Below, piece by piece: positions 1-8,448 of a DNA stretch of 64,000 nt (positions within the stretch are counted from its first letter, which is position 1; each line of letters opens with the position of its first letter). Source of the stretch: Planctomycetota bacterium (GTDB lineage: Bacteria > Planctomycetota > PLA2). The notes beneath the pieces are model-generated. The model did not search any database and was not told the origin of the DNA. It saw nothing but the letters and a program-made list of their open reading frames with translations. Location of the stretch: NCBI GenBank assembly GCA_036443405.1, contig JAZFYD010000122.1, forward strand, positions 7,755-71,754, in the 5' to 3' direction. The position numbers and the translations under genes are program-made.

Positions 1-268
1 CGACCTGGATCTGCTTGCGGAGTTGCTGCGCCTTCTTGCCCTTGGCCTTGCGGAGCGGTCCTTCCCAGCGCCCGATCTGCTTTTGCAGCCTGGCGGCCTG
101 GCCGAGCGGTCCGCCGATCGCGCGGTGGAACTCCTGGCGCTTGGGCTGTTCGTAACGCTTCGCAGAGAGCATTCCGACGGTGCTGTGGTCGAACGGCGCC
201 TGTTGGGCCGCTGCGGTCGCCGCGAGCACCAGGATCGCGGCAAGGGTTGAAACCGTGGTTCGAATCAT
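1..268 (-). CDS. Secreted hypothetical protein (3'-truncated by window edge)
   Basis: Manual translation from ATG at 268: MIRTTVSTLAAILVLAATAAAQQAPFDH..., with a signal peptide. The start overlaps the DUF1501 stop (ATGA) and the frame is open to position 1. Confidence 0.75.
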   Translation of the reverse strand, partial: MIRTTVSTLAAILVLAATAAAQQAPFDHSTVGMLSAKRYEQPKRQEFHRAIGGPLGQAARLQKQIGRWEGPLRKAKGKKAQQLRKQIQV

Positions 269-1434
269 GCGAACAGCTCCATCGGTTTGTGGTCGCCCAC
301 GATGCCCTTGGGCTCGATCTTCAGGAAGTCGCGCAGCAGTCCGGCGTAGACGCTGCGGAAGTCGGTCGTGTATCTGAAGTTGCCTCGGTCGAGGTCTTCG
401 AGCGACGGATACGCGCCGTGGAGGCCGGGCTTCACGCCGCCGCCGATCAGGAACGCGGGGTACGCTGAGCCGTGATCGGTGCCGCCCGACAGGTTCTCGG
501 TCGCGCGTCGGCCGAATTCGCTGAACACGAACGTCGCGACGCGGTCCGCGAGGCCTAGGCGGTCGAGTTCCGCCTGGAAGCCGCGAAGATTGTTGCCGAC
601 CTGGGCGAGCAGGCCATTGTGCGCGCCGCCCTGGTTGGCGTGTGTGTCGAAGCCGCCGAACGTCAGCTGGATCACCTCGAGGTCGAGATCGGAACGCAGC
701 AGCGCGACCACTTTCCTGAGGTCGTTGCCGAGCCTGCCGTACATCCCTCGCCCGGACGGGCTCAGGTTCGCGATCTTGCGCGCGACCTTGAGCGCCTCCA
801 GCGTCCGCACAGCGAGTTCGCGGCGCTCGCCGGAAAGCTCCTTGAATGACTCGTACATCGCGGCGGTGTCGTCCACGCCGTCGGGCAACCGGAACTGCTT
901 GAAGTCGGTGAACGTCACGACGCCGGGCGAACCGGAAACGAGCGACAGCGGTTTCTCCTTCGCGACGGCCATCGCACGCAGCGGCTTGTTGGACTTGCGC
1001 GCATCGAGGGCGCGGCCGAGCCAGCCGAGGTCGGGAGTCTTGTCCGGTTCCGCCGTGTAGTAGATTTCGGTTGCGCGGAAGTGGCTGTAGTTCGGGTTCG
1101 GGTATCCGACGCCGTTGATGATCGCGAGTTTGTCCTGTTTCCAGAGCTGTTCGAAACCCTGAAGCGCGGGGTGGAGGCCAATCTGGTCGTTGATCTTGCG
1201 GATGCGGCCGTCGTCGATGCCGAGGCCGGGCCGCAGCACGCGGTAGTTGCGATCGCGATGCGGGATCACCGTGTTGAGGCCGTCGTTGCCGCCGTTCAAG
1301 TGCAGCAGGATGAGTGTGCGCGCGCCGGGCTCTTTCCTGGCGCCCTGCGCCCACGCGAAACGCGGCAGCGCCAGCACTGACCCAAGGGCAAGGCCCCGTT
1401 TGAGGAATTCGCGACGTTCGAGAATCATCTGCAT
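265..1434 (-). CDS. DUF1501 family protein, Tat-exported
   Basis: RREFLK Tat motif; LNGGNDGLN, SHF, GGFDTH, SEFGRR and GTDHG motifs; directly downstream of a DUF1800 gene. Confidence 0.92.
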   Translation of the reverse strand: MQMILERREFLKRGLALGSVLALPRFAWAQGARKEPGARTLILLHLNGGNDGLNTVIPHRDRNYRVLRPGLGIDDGRIRKINDQIGLHPALQGFEQLWKQDKLAIINGVGYPNPNYSHFRATEIYYTAEPDKTPDLGWLGRALDARKSNKPLRAMAVAKEKPLSLVSGSPGVVTFTDFKQFRLPDGVDDTAAMYESFKELSGERRELAVRTLEALKVARKIANLSPSGRGMYGRLGNDLRKVVALLRSDLDLEVIQLTFGGFDTHANQGGAHNGLLAQVGNNLRGFQAELDRLGLADRVATFVFSEFGRRATENLSGGTDHGSAYPAFLIGGGVKPGLHGAYPSLEDLDRGNFRYTTDFRSVYAGLLRDFLKIEPKGIVGDHKPMELFA

Positions 1435-1440
1435 GTCTCC

Positions 1441-2640
1441 TTACGCGAGCTGGAACTCCGGGCTGGCGAGTGCGAGTGCGATCCGGTCGCGACCGCTCGC
1501 CTCGGCGAGTGTTTGCGCCAACGCTTGGGGAACCGAACCGTCAAACGCGGTGTCGAGAATCGAGTCCGCTGTCTCGGGCGCAGCCTCCTGCGCAAATCGC
1601 CGCGCGGCCTTGAACCGCTCGACGACGCCGGCGGCGCTCAGCCAACCGGTCCCGCTCGTCCAGCCCTTCACGGACGGCGGGCGGAACAGGATCTGGCCCA
1701 TGCGCTCGAGCGCGCCGTGACACCAGGGCGGGATTCCGGCGGCGCCGGTCGCGCGGCGGGCGCTGACGACGAACTCCACCGGACTCTTGATGAGGACGCG
1801 GTGGTGGGCGCCGGACAAAAACGCCGGCGAGTGGAACAACACGAACAGCGTCGAGCGGATGTCGCCGCCGGTTTTCTCGAGCACCTTCGCCAGGTCCGCG
1901 ATCTCGCCGTCGGTCGGGTTGGAGTGGGAGAAAAAACGCAGCAGCTTGCCCGCGATGAAACGATGGCACGCCGGCAGGGACGTGATGATCCTGATGACGT
2001 CGTCGCCGTCGAATTCTCCGGTTTGACCGTGCACGGTCTTTTCGCCGTCGTCGTGGAACTCGGGCGAATACACGAAGTCGTGGTGGCGGCAGCCGAACCC
2101 CGTGAACGCGCGCGCGATTTCGCGGATGTCCTTTTCCGTGTAGTTGCCGATGCCGAGGGTGAACAGCTCCTGCAGTTCGCGCCCGTAGTTCTCGTTCGCA
2201 ATACCCTTGCGGTTGGAGTTGCCATCGAGGAAGCGGATCATCGCGACATCGCGCGACACCTTCTCGACGAGCTGGCGGAATCTGCCGGCGCCGTGACTCC
2301 GAAACAAGCGATACTGCGACCACATGAGCTGCGCGTCCTGCACCTTCGCGTTCGAGTTCGCGAAGTGGCCGTGCCAGAACAGCGCCAGTTTTTCGGCGAG
2401 CATGGCTTGACCGGAGCGCATGCGGTCGAGCCAGAGTTGCTGGATCGCACCGGGTTCGTAAGGATCGAAACCGTCCGGATCCGCGGGCGTGGGGCGGTCG
2501 ATTTCGTCGAGCAGCTTTTGCACCGACTTGCGATAGCCCAGGCTCCGGTATTCGTCGAGGTCGCCGGGGGTTGCCCCAAAACCGGCGCGTCGCAGGAGGT
2601 GACCAACCGCCGTCGCGCCCTCCATTCGCTCGCCACTCAT
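1441..2640 (-). CDS. DUF1800 family protein
   Basis: HLLRRAGFG, EKLALFWHGHF, NENYGRELQELFTLG, PPSVKGW and the C-terminal SPEFQLA are typical of the family. Confidence 0.92.
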   Translation of the reverse strand: MSGERMEGATAVGHLLRRAGFGATPGDLDEYRSLGYRKSVQKLLDEIDRPTPADPDGFDPYEPGAIQQLWLDRMRSGQAMLAEKLALFWHGHFANSNAKVQDAQLMWSQYRLFRSHGAGRFRQLVEKVSRDVAMIRFLDGNSNRKGIANENYGRELQELFTLGIGNYTEKDIREIARAFTGFGCRHHDFVYSPEFHDDGEKTVHGQTGEFDGDDVIRIITSLPACHRFIAGKLLRFFSHSNPTDGEIADLAKVLEKTGGDIRSTLFVLFHSPAFLSGAHHRVLIKSPVEFVVSARRATGAAGIPPWCHGALERMGQILFRPPSVKGWTSGTGWLSAAGVVERFKAARRFAQEAAPETADSILDTAFDGSVPQALAQTLAEASGRDRIALALASPEFQLA

Positions 2641-2711
2641 CCGTGTATTCTGTCACATGGGCGCGGTCACCGGGACCTGCGCGGCTACGAATTCGAGGAT
2701 CCGGATCATCG

Positions 2712-3635
2712 ATGTTGTTGCGGCTCATCATCTTGCTGCTAACGCTGCCGGCGATCGCGCACGGCGACGCGGAAAACCGCGCCGTGCTGGAGCACGTAGA
2801 GGTCGAACTTGTCGTGGGCCACGAGTCGGTTAAGCCAGGATCAGAGAGCTTTGTCGGACTGCTCTTCAAGCTGGATCCGGGCTGGCATGTGTATTGGAAA
2901 AACCCCGGTGACTCCGGCGAACCGCCGTCCGTGAAGTGGTCCGTGCCGGGCGGAGTGTCGGTGGGCGAATTCCGCTGGCCGGCTCCCCACAAGATCCTGA
3001 TGGGGCCGATCGTGACGTTCGGTTACGAAAACGAGGTGCTATTGAGCGCGCCGCTCGTGATCGCGAGTGATTTCCAGGGCGACGCGATCGAGATCAAGGC
3101 GGCCGCGACGTGGCTCGTGTGTGCCGACGTGTGCCTGGGCCAAGAAGTGGAACTCGTGCTGTCGCTGCCGGTGCGGCCCGACGAAATGGTTCCGACCGCC
3201 GCGTCCGAGTCGCCCTCGCTTACACAGATTCCGAAACCGGCCAGCGCTGACGGCGGTGCGATCCTGCGAAAGGGCGGTCTGATCGAGCTGGCCCTCGATC
3301 CCGACGTGTTCCGGCCGGGCCCGAAGTACACGTTCTTCCCGGACGAGGACGTCGTCGAACTGGCGAAGCTCACCGAGCAGCGCATGCCGACGTTCACGGC
3401 CCCGCGTTCGCCGACGCGCACGGAACCGATCGAGCGGATTTCGGGCGTGATGGTCATGACCAACGCGGAGGGGCGCCACGCGTTTTGGTTCGACGTGCCG
3501 GTCCAGGACCACGAAAACCTGGTCACGACCACGTTCGGCAAGCGCTGGGAAGACTACTGGTGGATCGTGTTGCCGCTCGGGGCGCTCGCGATCCCGGCGA
3601 TTTTCCGGGCCACAAGATCCAAGAAACGTACCTAG
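2712..3635 (+). CDS. DsbD N-terminal (disulfide-bond corrector) domain protein with C-terminal membrane anchor
   Basis: GWHVYWKNPGDSG, FRWPAP, GYENE and WLVCADVC motifs; signal peptide from ATG 2712; upstream of a redoxin. Confidence 0.85.
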   Translation: MLLRLIILLLTLPAIAHGDAENRAVLEHVEVELVVGHESVKPGSESFVGLLFKLDPGWHVYWKNPGDSGEPPSVKWSVPGGVSVGEFRWPAPHKILMGPIVTFGYENEVLLSAPLVIASDFQGDAIEIKAAATWLVCADVCLGQEVELVLSLPVRPDEMVPTAASESPSLTQIPKPASADGGAILRKGGLIELALDPDVFRPGPKYTFFPDEDVVELAKLTEQRMPTFTAPRSPTRTEPIERISGVMVMTNAEGRHAFWFDVPVQDHENLVTTTFGKRWEDYWWIVLPLGALAIPAIFRATRSKKRT

Positions 3636-3724
3636 GAACAAAACCCGGTTTCGCGGGTTGAAAGCAAAAAGCGCGGCGCGGGTTTGCAGGCGGCGCGATA
3701 ATCCCGGCAAGGAGGACATGCGAA

Positions 3725-4366
3725 ATGCGCAAGACAATCAGGCTGGCTGCGATCGCGATCGTCGGTTTCACACTCTCCGGCGGGGTCTCCGCCGAGGAGA
3801 AGGCGCCCGCGGCCGAGAAGAAGGTCAACCCCGACCTCGCGCCGGCGTTCGTGCTCAAGGACCTCGCGGGCAAGGAGCGCTCGCTCAAGGAGTTCGCCGG
3901 CAAGTTCGTCGTGCTCGAGTGGTGCAACCACGGCTGTCCGTTCGTGAAGAAGCACTACCAAAAGGGCCACATGCAGAAGCTCCAGGAGAAATACACCAAG
4001 AAGGGTGTGATCTGGCTGACCATCTGCTCGTCTGCCGAGGCCAAACAGGGTTGGATGACGACCGATGGCTGGAAGGCGAAGAACGAAAAGAGCGGCGCGA
4101 AGCCGACTGCCGTGCTGATCGACACCAACGGCAAGGTCGGCAAGGCGTACGGTGCGAAGACAACGCCGCAGATCTGCATCATCAACAAGAAGGGCGTGCG
4201 CGTGTACGACGGCGCCATCGACGACAAGCGGTCGCGCCACACGGAGGACATCAAGACCTCCAAGAACTACGTGACGATCGTGCTCGACGCGGTGATGGCC
4301 GGCAAGCCGAGCCCGATACGCCGCACGCGTCCGTACGGTTGCTCGGTGAAGTACGCGGCCCCGTAG
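3725..4366 (+). CDS. Exported thioredoxin-like redoxin (AhpC/TSA family)
   Basis: Signal peptide; VVLEWCNHGCPFV, YGAKTTP, YDGAIDD and YGCSVKY; AAGGAGG RBS upstream. Confidence 0.9.
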   Translation: MRKTIRLAAIAIVGFTLSGGVSAEEKAPAAEKKVNPDLAPAFVLKDLAGKERSLKEFAGKFVVLEWCNHGCPFVKKHYQKGHMQKLQEKYTKKGVIWLTICSSAEAKQGWMTTDGWKAKNEKSGAKPTAVLIDTNGKVGKAYGAKTTPQICIINKKGVRVYDGAIDDKRSRHTEDIKTSKNYVTIVLDAVMAGKPSPIRRTRPYGCSVKYAAP

Positions 4367-4394
4367 GTCGCGCTGCGAGCTTCGAATCGACTAG

Positions 4395-4426
4395 AAGAGG
4401 CGTGGCCCGCGCGGTCGCGCCTCTTT
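4395..4426. terminator. Putative bidirectional terminator hairpin
   Basis: aagaggcgtggcc...ggtcgcgcctctt stem between convergent genes. Confidence 0.55.
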
Positions 4427-4433
4427 CTCATCC

Positions 4434-4901
4434 CTAGCGCATGCAGCAGTTCTTGAACTTCTTGCCGCTGCCGCACGGGCAGGGTGCGTTGCGCCCGATG
4501 CGCTCGCCCGGGTTGCGAACCGTCTTGGCGGAGTCCGCTGTTCGTTCGTCGTACGCGGCGCGCAAGGCGCGGACGTAACGTCCGAGCGAGTCGCCGTCGG
4601 CGAGTCGCCCTTGGCCTTGAAGCTCCGCCATCAGCGCAGCGCACAGATCGGGCGCCACGGCGCGCACCGAACCCGGAAGCGCAAGTGCACCCACACCGTC
4701 GAGCATCGCGTGCTTGATGTCGATCTCTTCGATCTCGCCGGGTTCGCGGTCGCGGTGTTCGCAGGCGTGCGTCAAGAACGCGGGCAGGATTTCGCCTGAG
4801 TACTCCTTGGCGGGGGCCGGTAGCGCGTGGAACGCAGACGTGTCCGCGAAGTCGCTCACCCAGTTCGCGATGGTCTGGGTGCGAAACGATTCAGGCATCA
4901 A
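4434..4901 (-). CDS. SEC-C metal-binding motif protein
   Basis: C-terminal [18 protein letters not shown]. Confidence 0.85.
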   Translation of the reverse strand: MMPESFRTQTIANWVSDFADTSAFHALPAPAKEYSGEILPAFLTHACEHRDREPGEIEEIDIKHAMLDGVGALALPGSVRAVAPDLCAALMAELQGQGRLADGDSLGRYVRALRAAYDERTADSAKTVRNPGERIGRNAPCPCGSGKKFKNCCMR

Positions 4902-5202
4902 CCGGTATGAAGGGAACCTTCTGGCGGTCGACGATGTGGTCGCGAGTCGTGGAGTTCGTGAGACGCACCGCTTCCGCTTCGGCTTGAGCTTTGTACGCGA
5001 AGGGGAACGTCTTGACGATCGTTCGTGTGTGGTCCTTCACCGCCCAGACGATCTTGAGGCGCATCGGTTCCGCGGCTTTGCTCTTTCGCCGCGTCTTCTT
5101 GACCGGCGCGGCCGCGGCCTTCTCCTTTTTCGCGCGTACCGTCGCATCGGCTTCGGCTCGCATGCGATCGACCCGGGCCCGGTTCGACATTTTTCTCGCC
5201 AT
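4891..5202 (-). CDS. Small basic hypothetical protein
   Basis: Lys/Arg-rich [13 protein letters not shown]... with host-like codon usage; overlaps the start of the SEC-C gene. Confidence 0.7.
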   Translation of the reverse strand: MARKMSNRARVDRMRAEADATVRAKKEKAAAAPVKKTRRKSKAAEPMRLKIVWAVKDHTRTIVKTFPFAYKAQAEAEAVRLTNSTTRDHIVDRQKVPFIPVDA

Positions 5203-5288
5203 GGCCACGGATTGTACGCCGATCACTTCGCGTGGGCACACATCCGTTTGTGCCAATGAAGATTCGAACCGCGTGCCGATCGGCGGAG

Positions 5289-6974
5289 CTACTCGGTCAG
5301 GATCAAGCGCACGTCGTACGGTTCGTTTTGGCCGACCGAAAGCGCGCGGATCCGGATGAGGTACGCGCCACCCTGCACGTCCTGGACCGAAACCGGCGAC
5401 ATGCCTGATGCGAGAACGTTGTTCCGCAGATCGAGAAGGTCGATCTCGAGATCCGCGCTCGTGTTCTCCAGGGAAATCGTAAAGTTGGCTGTCCGGACCA
5501 ACTGCACCTTGAAGTAGCGTTGCGCGTGGAAGGCGATGTCGAGGTCGATATCCGGCGTCGTCGTATCGATTGCGTCCGAGAGCACGGTGTCGTACGGCGC
5601 GTGGATCGCCGCGCCCGTGATCGACTCGTGCGGGAAAGGCGGCGGCCAGAGGGAGTCGTTCTCCTCGGTCGCGGGGTACGGGATCTCCTGGTTGTCCGGC
5701 GGCGTCAGCATGAGCATCCGCAGGGCGACCTCATCGATGCTCTGGTCGCTCACGTACGCGTCCAGCAGCGTCAGGAGATAGGGATAGTTGATTCCGGCAC
5801 TCGGTTGCCGAAGGAACTGCAGGGAGAGCGCGAGGGGGAACGCCGCCATCGGATCGTCATCGTCGAGGCCGCCGTCGTGGATGTCCCACAGGACCTCGGC
5901 GACGGAGAATCGCGAGCCGATGCCAACTACGTCGTCCGGCTGGTAGACGTTGGGGTCATCCGGTCCGAGCGAACCGAGCGTTTCGGAGAAATACGATTCG
6001 ATGTCGAAGTATCGAATGACGCGCCCGGCGGGGCCGATACCCTCGGTGTCCCAGTAGACCGGGGAGCCGCGGCCCATGCAGGCCCAGAAATCGAGAAAGC
6101 CCTCACGCCAAGCGAGCGTGGGAACCATGAGTTGATCGTTGGGCTCCCCGTCCGGCACGACGGCGAGAAAGAAGTAGTTCAGAAGGTACTCGCCGTGCAG
6201 ACGCATGAGCTTGGGCTCGTCCCAGACATCGCGGTTCGATGTCGGATCCCCGGTCACGCCGCCGGCGACTTTCAGGGTCGCGCGCGTGCTGCCAAACGAC
6301 GTGTATTCGGAGACCGCGCCGTTGCCCGGACGATAATGCACGTCCAGGTCCGGCATGGTTGTGCCCAGGATGCCGGACTTCGCGGCCATGAACCCCTCGT
6401 AAAGGACGTCGCAGATCATCCACGCGCCCGGAACACTGTCCTTCGGGACATCGAGGTTGATGTTCATCGTCTCGATCCCGATGAGATCGTTGGACGGACC
6501 CGGATCTCCGGACGGCGAGCCGGTGTACGAGTAGCTTTCAGTTGCGAACTCGTCGGGTAGGACACGAATGTCCGTTCCGAACGGAAGATGAACTTCGGCG
6601 CGCGTAGTCAGGACGATCTGAGTCGCGGGGCGCTGGCCGAAATTGACGATGAGCGAGAACGCGCCGAGGGCGTCGGTCTGGAGGATCGCATCGTTGCCGT
6701 CCAGGTCGACAAGCATTCGGCCATCCGAGTCGCGCAGTTCCACGACCACGCGCGGTGCCGGGAGCGGAAGCTGCGACTCGAAAAACTGGGACGAGGCCAG
6801 TCGGCCATCCGCATCGCGATCACTGAGCAGCGGGCCGGTTATCCAGAAACGAACCTGGCCGGTGACCGTCCGGGTGGTGTCGCGCGTCCCGGCCGTCACG
6901 ATCTCAGGTCCACCGGATCCACCGCATGCGATGCAAATCAGGGATATCAGAACCGCGAACCACGCTGCACGCAC
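5289..6974 (-). CDS. Lipoprotein with degenerate zinc-metallopeptidase-like core and C-terminal PPC-like domain
   Basis: Lipobox IAC; acidic 561-aa ORF; AWREGF and VLWDIHD motifs; C-terminal ADLEIDLLD...GAYLIRI beta domain. Confidence 0.65.
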   Translation of the reverse strand: MRAAWFAVLISLICIACGGSGGPEIVTAGTRDTTRTVTGQVRFWITGPLLSDRDADGRLASSQFFESQLPLPAPRVVVELRDSDGRMLVDLDGNDAILQTDALGAFSLIVNFGQRPATQIVLTTRAEVHLPFGTDIRVLPDEFATESYSYTGSPSGDPGPSNDLIGIETMNINLDVPKDSVPGAWMICDVLYEGFMAAKSGILGTTMPDLDVHYRPGNGAVSEYTSFGSTRATLKVAGGVTGDPTSNRDVWDEPKLMRLHGEYLLNYFFLAVVPDGEPNDQLMVPTLAWREGFLDFWACMGRGSPVYWDTEGIGPAGRVIRYFDIESYFSETLGSLGPDDPNVYQPDDVVGIGSRFSVAEVLWDIHDGGLDDDDPMAAFPLALSLQFLRQPSAGINYPYLLTLLDAYVSDQSIDEVALRMLMLTPPDNQEIPYPATEENDSLWPPPFPHESITGAAIHAPYDTVLSDAIDTTTPDIDLDIAFHAQRYFKVQLVRTANFTISLENTSADLEIDLLDLRNNVLASGMSPVSVQDVQGGAYLIRIRALSVGQNEPYDVRLILTE

Positions 6975-7056
6975 GATCGTCTCCTTGCCAACCTACTGGC
7001 GCCCACGGAGATTATAGGGCGTTTCGATGCGTCGTCAGACGGTTGCCGCGGGCGGC

Positions 7057-7743
7057 CTACCTGCAGCCGACTCGATTCAGGACCGAACGCGCCAATTGCG
7101 CGGATTCTCCGCCGCTAGCGGCGTCGAGATAGGCGGCGAGTTCAGCGGCGACGTCGAACGGAGTGCCCTGTTCGGAGTAGACGCCGGCCATCGCGAGCGC
7201 GCATCCAGCCGCGTCGTTCGCGGCCCGCGCGGCAGCGACGAGGCGCGCCAGATTCTCCGGCAGCTTCTCCACTACGGAAAACGTGCCGGACGCGACGGAA
7301 CCCATGCGCGATCCGTTCGCACTCAGGGCCTGGGTTTCGAACTCGTATGTCGCGCCACGGTCGAGATGCCCCGGGGCCTTCAGGACGTGATAGGAGCCGT
7401 CGACCACGATGGGGCCGAGCCACGTGCGGCCTTGCGTGCCGTTTCCAGCGACCTTGCGCACGATCAACTCGTAGCGCATCGCGCCGTCCTTTTTGGGCCA
7501 GAAGAACACGGGTCGGTCCGTGAGGATCTCGTCGACCGGGCCGGACTCCGCCGGAACGGGCTCGTAACGTTCCAGCCGCCGCTTCGCGAGGCCCTGGGAA
7601 AAGTCCGTCGGCGCGCCGTCGGTCACCGGGATCGCGAAGCCGATCACCAATCCCGCGAGGATCATGCCCGAAAACGCCCAGAGCGGCGGCAGTGAATCCA
7701 ACCGGGAACTCGTGTCGTTGGCGGGTGTGTTTTGGTCGCTCAT
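7057..7743 (-). CDS. Membrane-anchored hypothetical protein (possibly DUF928-like)
   Basis: N-terminal TM helix; LTDRPVFFW, LDRGATYEF and AGVYSEQG..FD resemble DUF928-type motifs (by eye). Confidence 0.6.
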   Translation of the reverse strand: MSDQNTPANDTSSRLDSLPPLWAFSGMILAGLVIGFAIPVTDGAPTDFSQGLAKRRLERYEPVPAESGPVDEILTDRPVFFWPKKDGAMRYELIVRKVAGNGTQGRTWLGPIVVDGSYHVLKAPGHLDRGATYEFETQALSANGSRMGSVASGTFSVVEKLPENLARLVAAARAANDAAGCALAMAGVYSEQGTPFDVAAELAAYLDAASGGESAQLARSVLNRVGCR

Positions 7744-7777
7744 GCTTTTTCTCCGCGCACCGCTCGTGCGCGGCCTT

Positions 7778-8224
7778 TTATGTACCGGTACCGTGGGCGG
7801 GGGGCAAGTTGACAAGGTCGAGGCGCAGGAGCACGGAGTGCATGTTCCCGGGCTCGAGGGAGTAGGAGCGGATCCTCGGGCCCCAGGCGGTCAGGATGCG
7901 TTCGAGCTGGGTGTCCGACAGACGGGGAATCGCTAGCGAGACCACGAAGCGTCCGTCCAGATCATCGATCTCGCAGGTTTCGGCGGCTGCGTCTCGGAGC
8001 AGCCGATGCAGCAGCGCCTCGAGCGAGGACGCCGGAACCGCGTTCGGCGGGATGCCGCGCACGTTGCGCAGGTGGACCCAAAACGCCCGTTGGCTGCCCG
8101 GATAATAGAGATGGGCGCTGCCACGCTGGTGATCCAGCAGGAGCGCTGCGCCGTCCCCGGTGCCCATCGCGTCGCGAAAAGACGGGGCCGGGACGACGAG
8201 CGAGCCGATCGGCGGGATTTCCAT
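7778..8224 (-). CDS. Hypothetical protein
   Basis: 148-aa ORF from MEIPPIG; divergent from the sigma54 activator gene. Confidence 0.6.
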   Translation of the reverse strand: MEIPPIGSLVVPAPSFRDAMGTGDGAALLLDHQRGSAHLYYPGSQRAFWVHLRNVRGIPPNAVPASSLEALLHRLLRDAAAETCEIDDLDGRFVVSLAIPRLSDTQLERILTAWGPRIRSYSLEPGNMHSVLLRLDLVNLPPAHGTGT

Positions 8225-8448
8225 GGAACACGTGCAATTGTACGTCTGTGGAATGCTTGTGGAATCGCGCCACAGGAGCGGATTTGCGCCCATGGCGTGG
8301 CGCGATTGGCGCGAACTTGGGGCGCGCGCCGCCGTGGCGGTTGCGGGGGCGCGACGTAAGCCGTTGTCGGTAAGGACGTTATCGCTGCGGCGTGACCGGT
8401 ATTGCGCTGGGTCGTGATCTTGCTATGCCAGTTGGCTGGAGGGTCGAC

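Noticed and set aside
5250-5290. GGTTCGAATC T-loop-like sequence on the minus strand
   Set aside because: No room or pairing for a tRNA cloverleaf.
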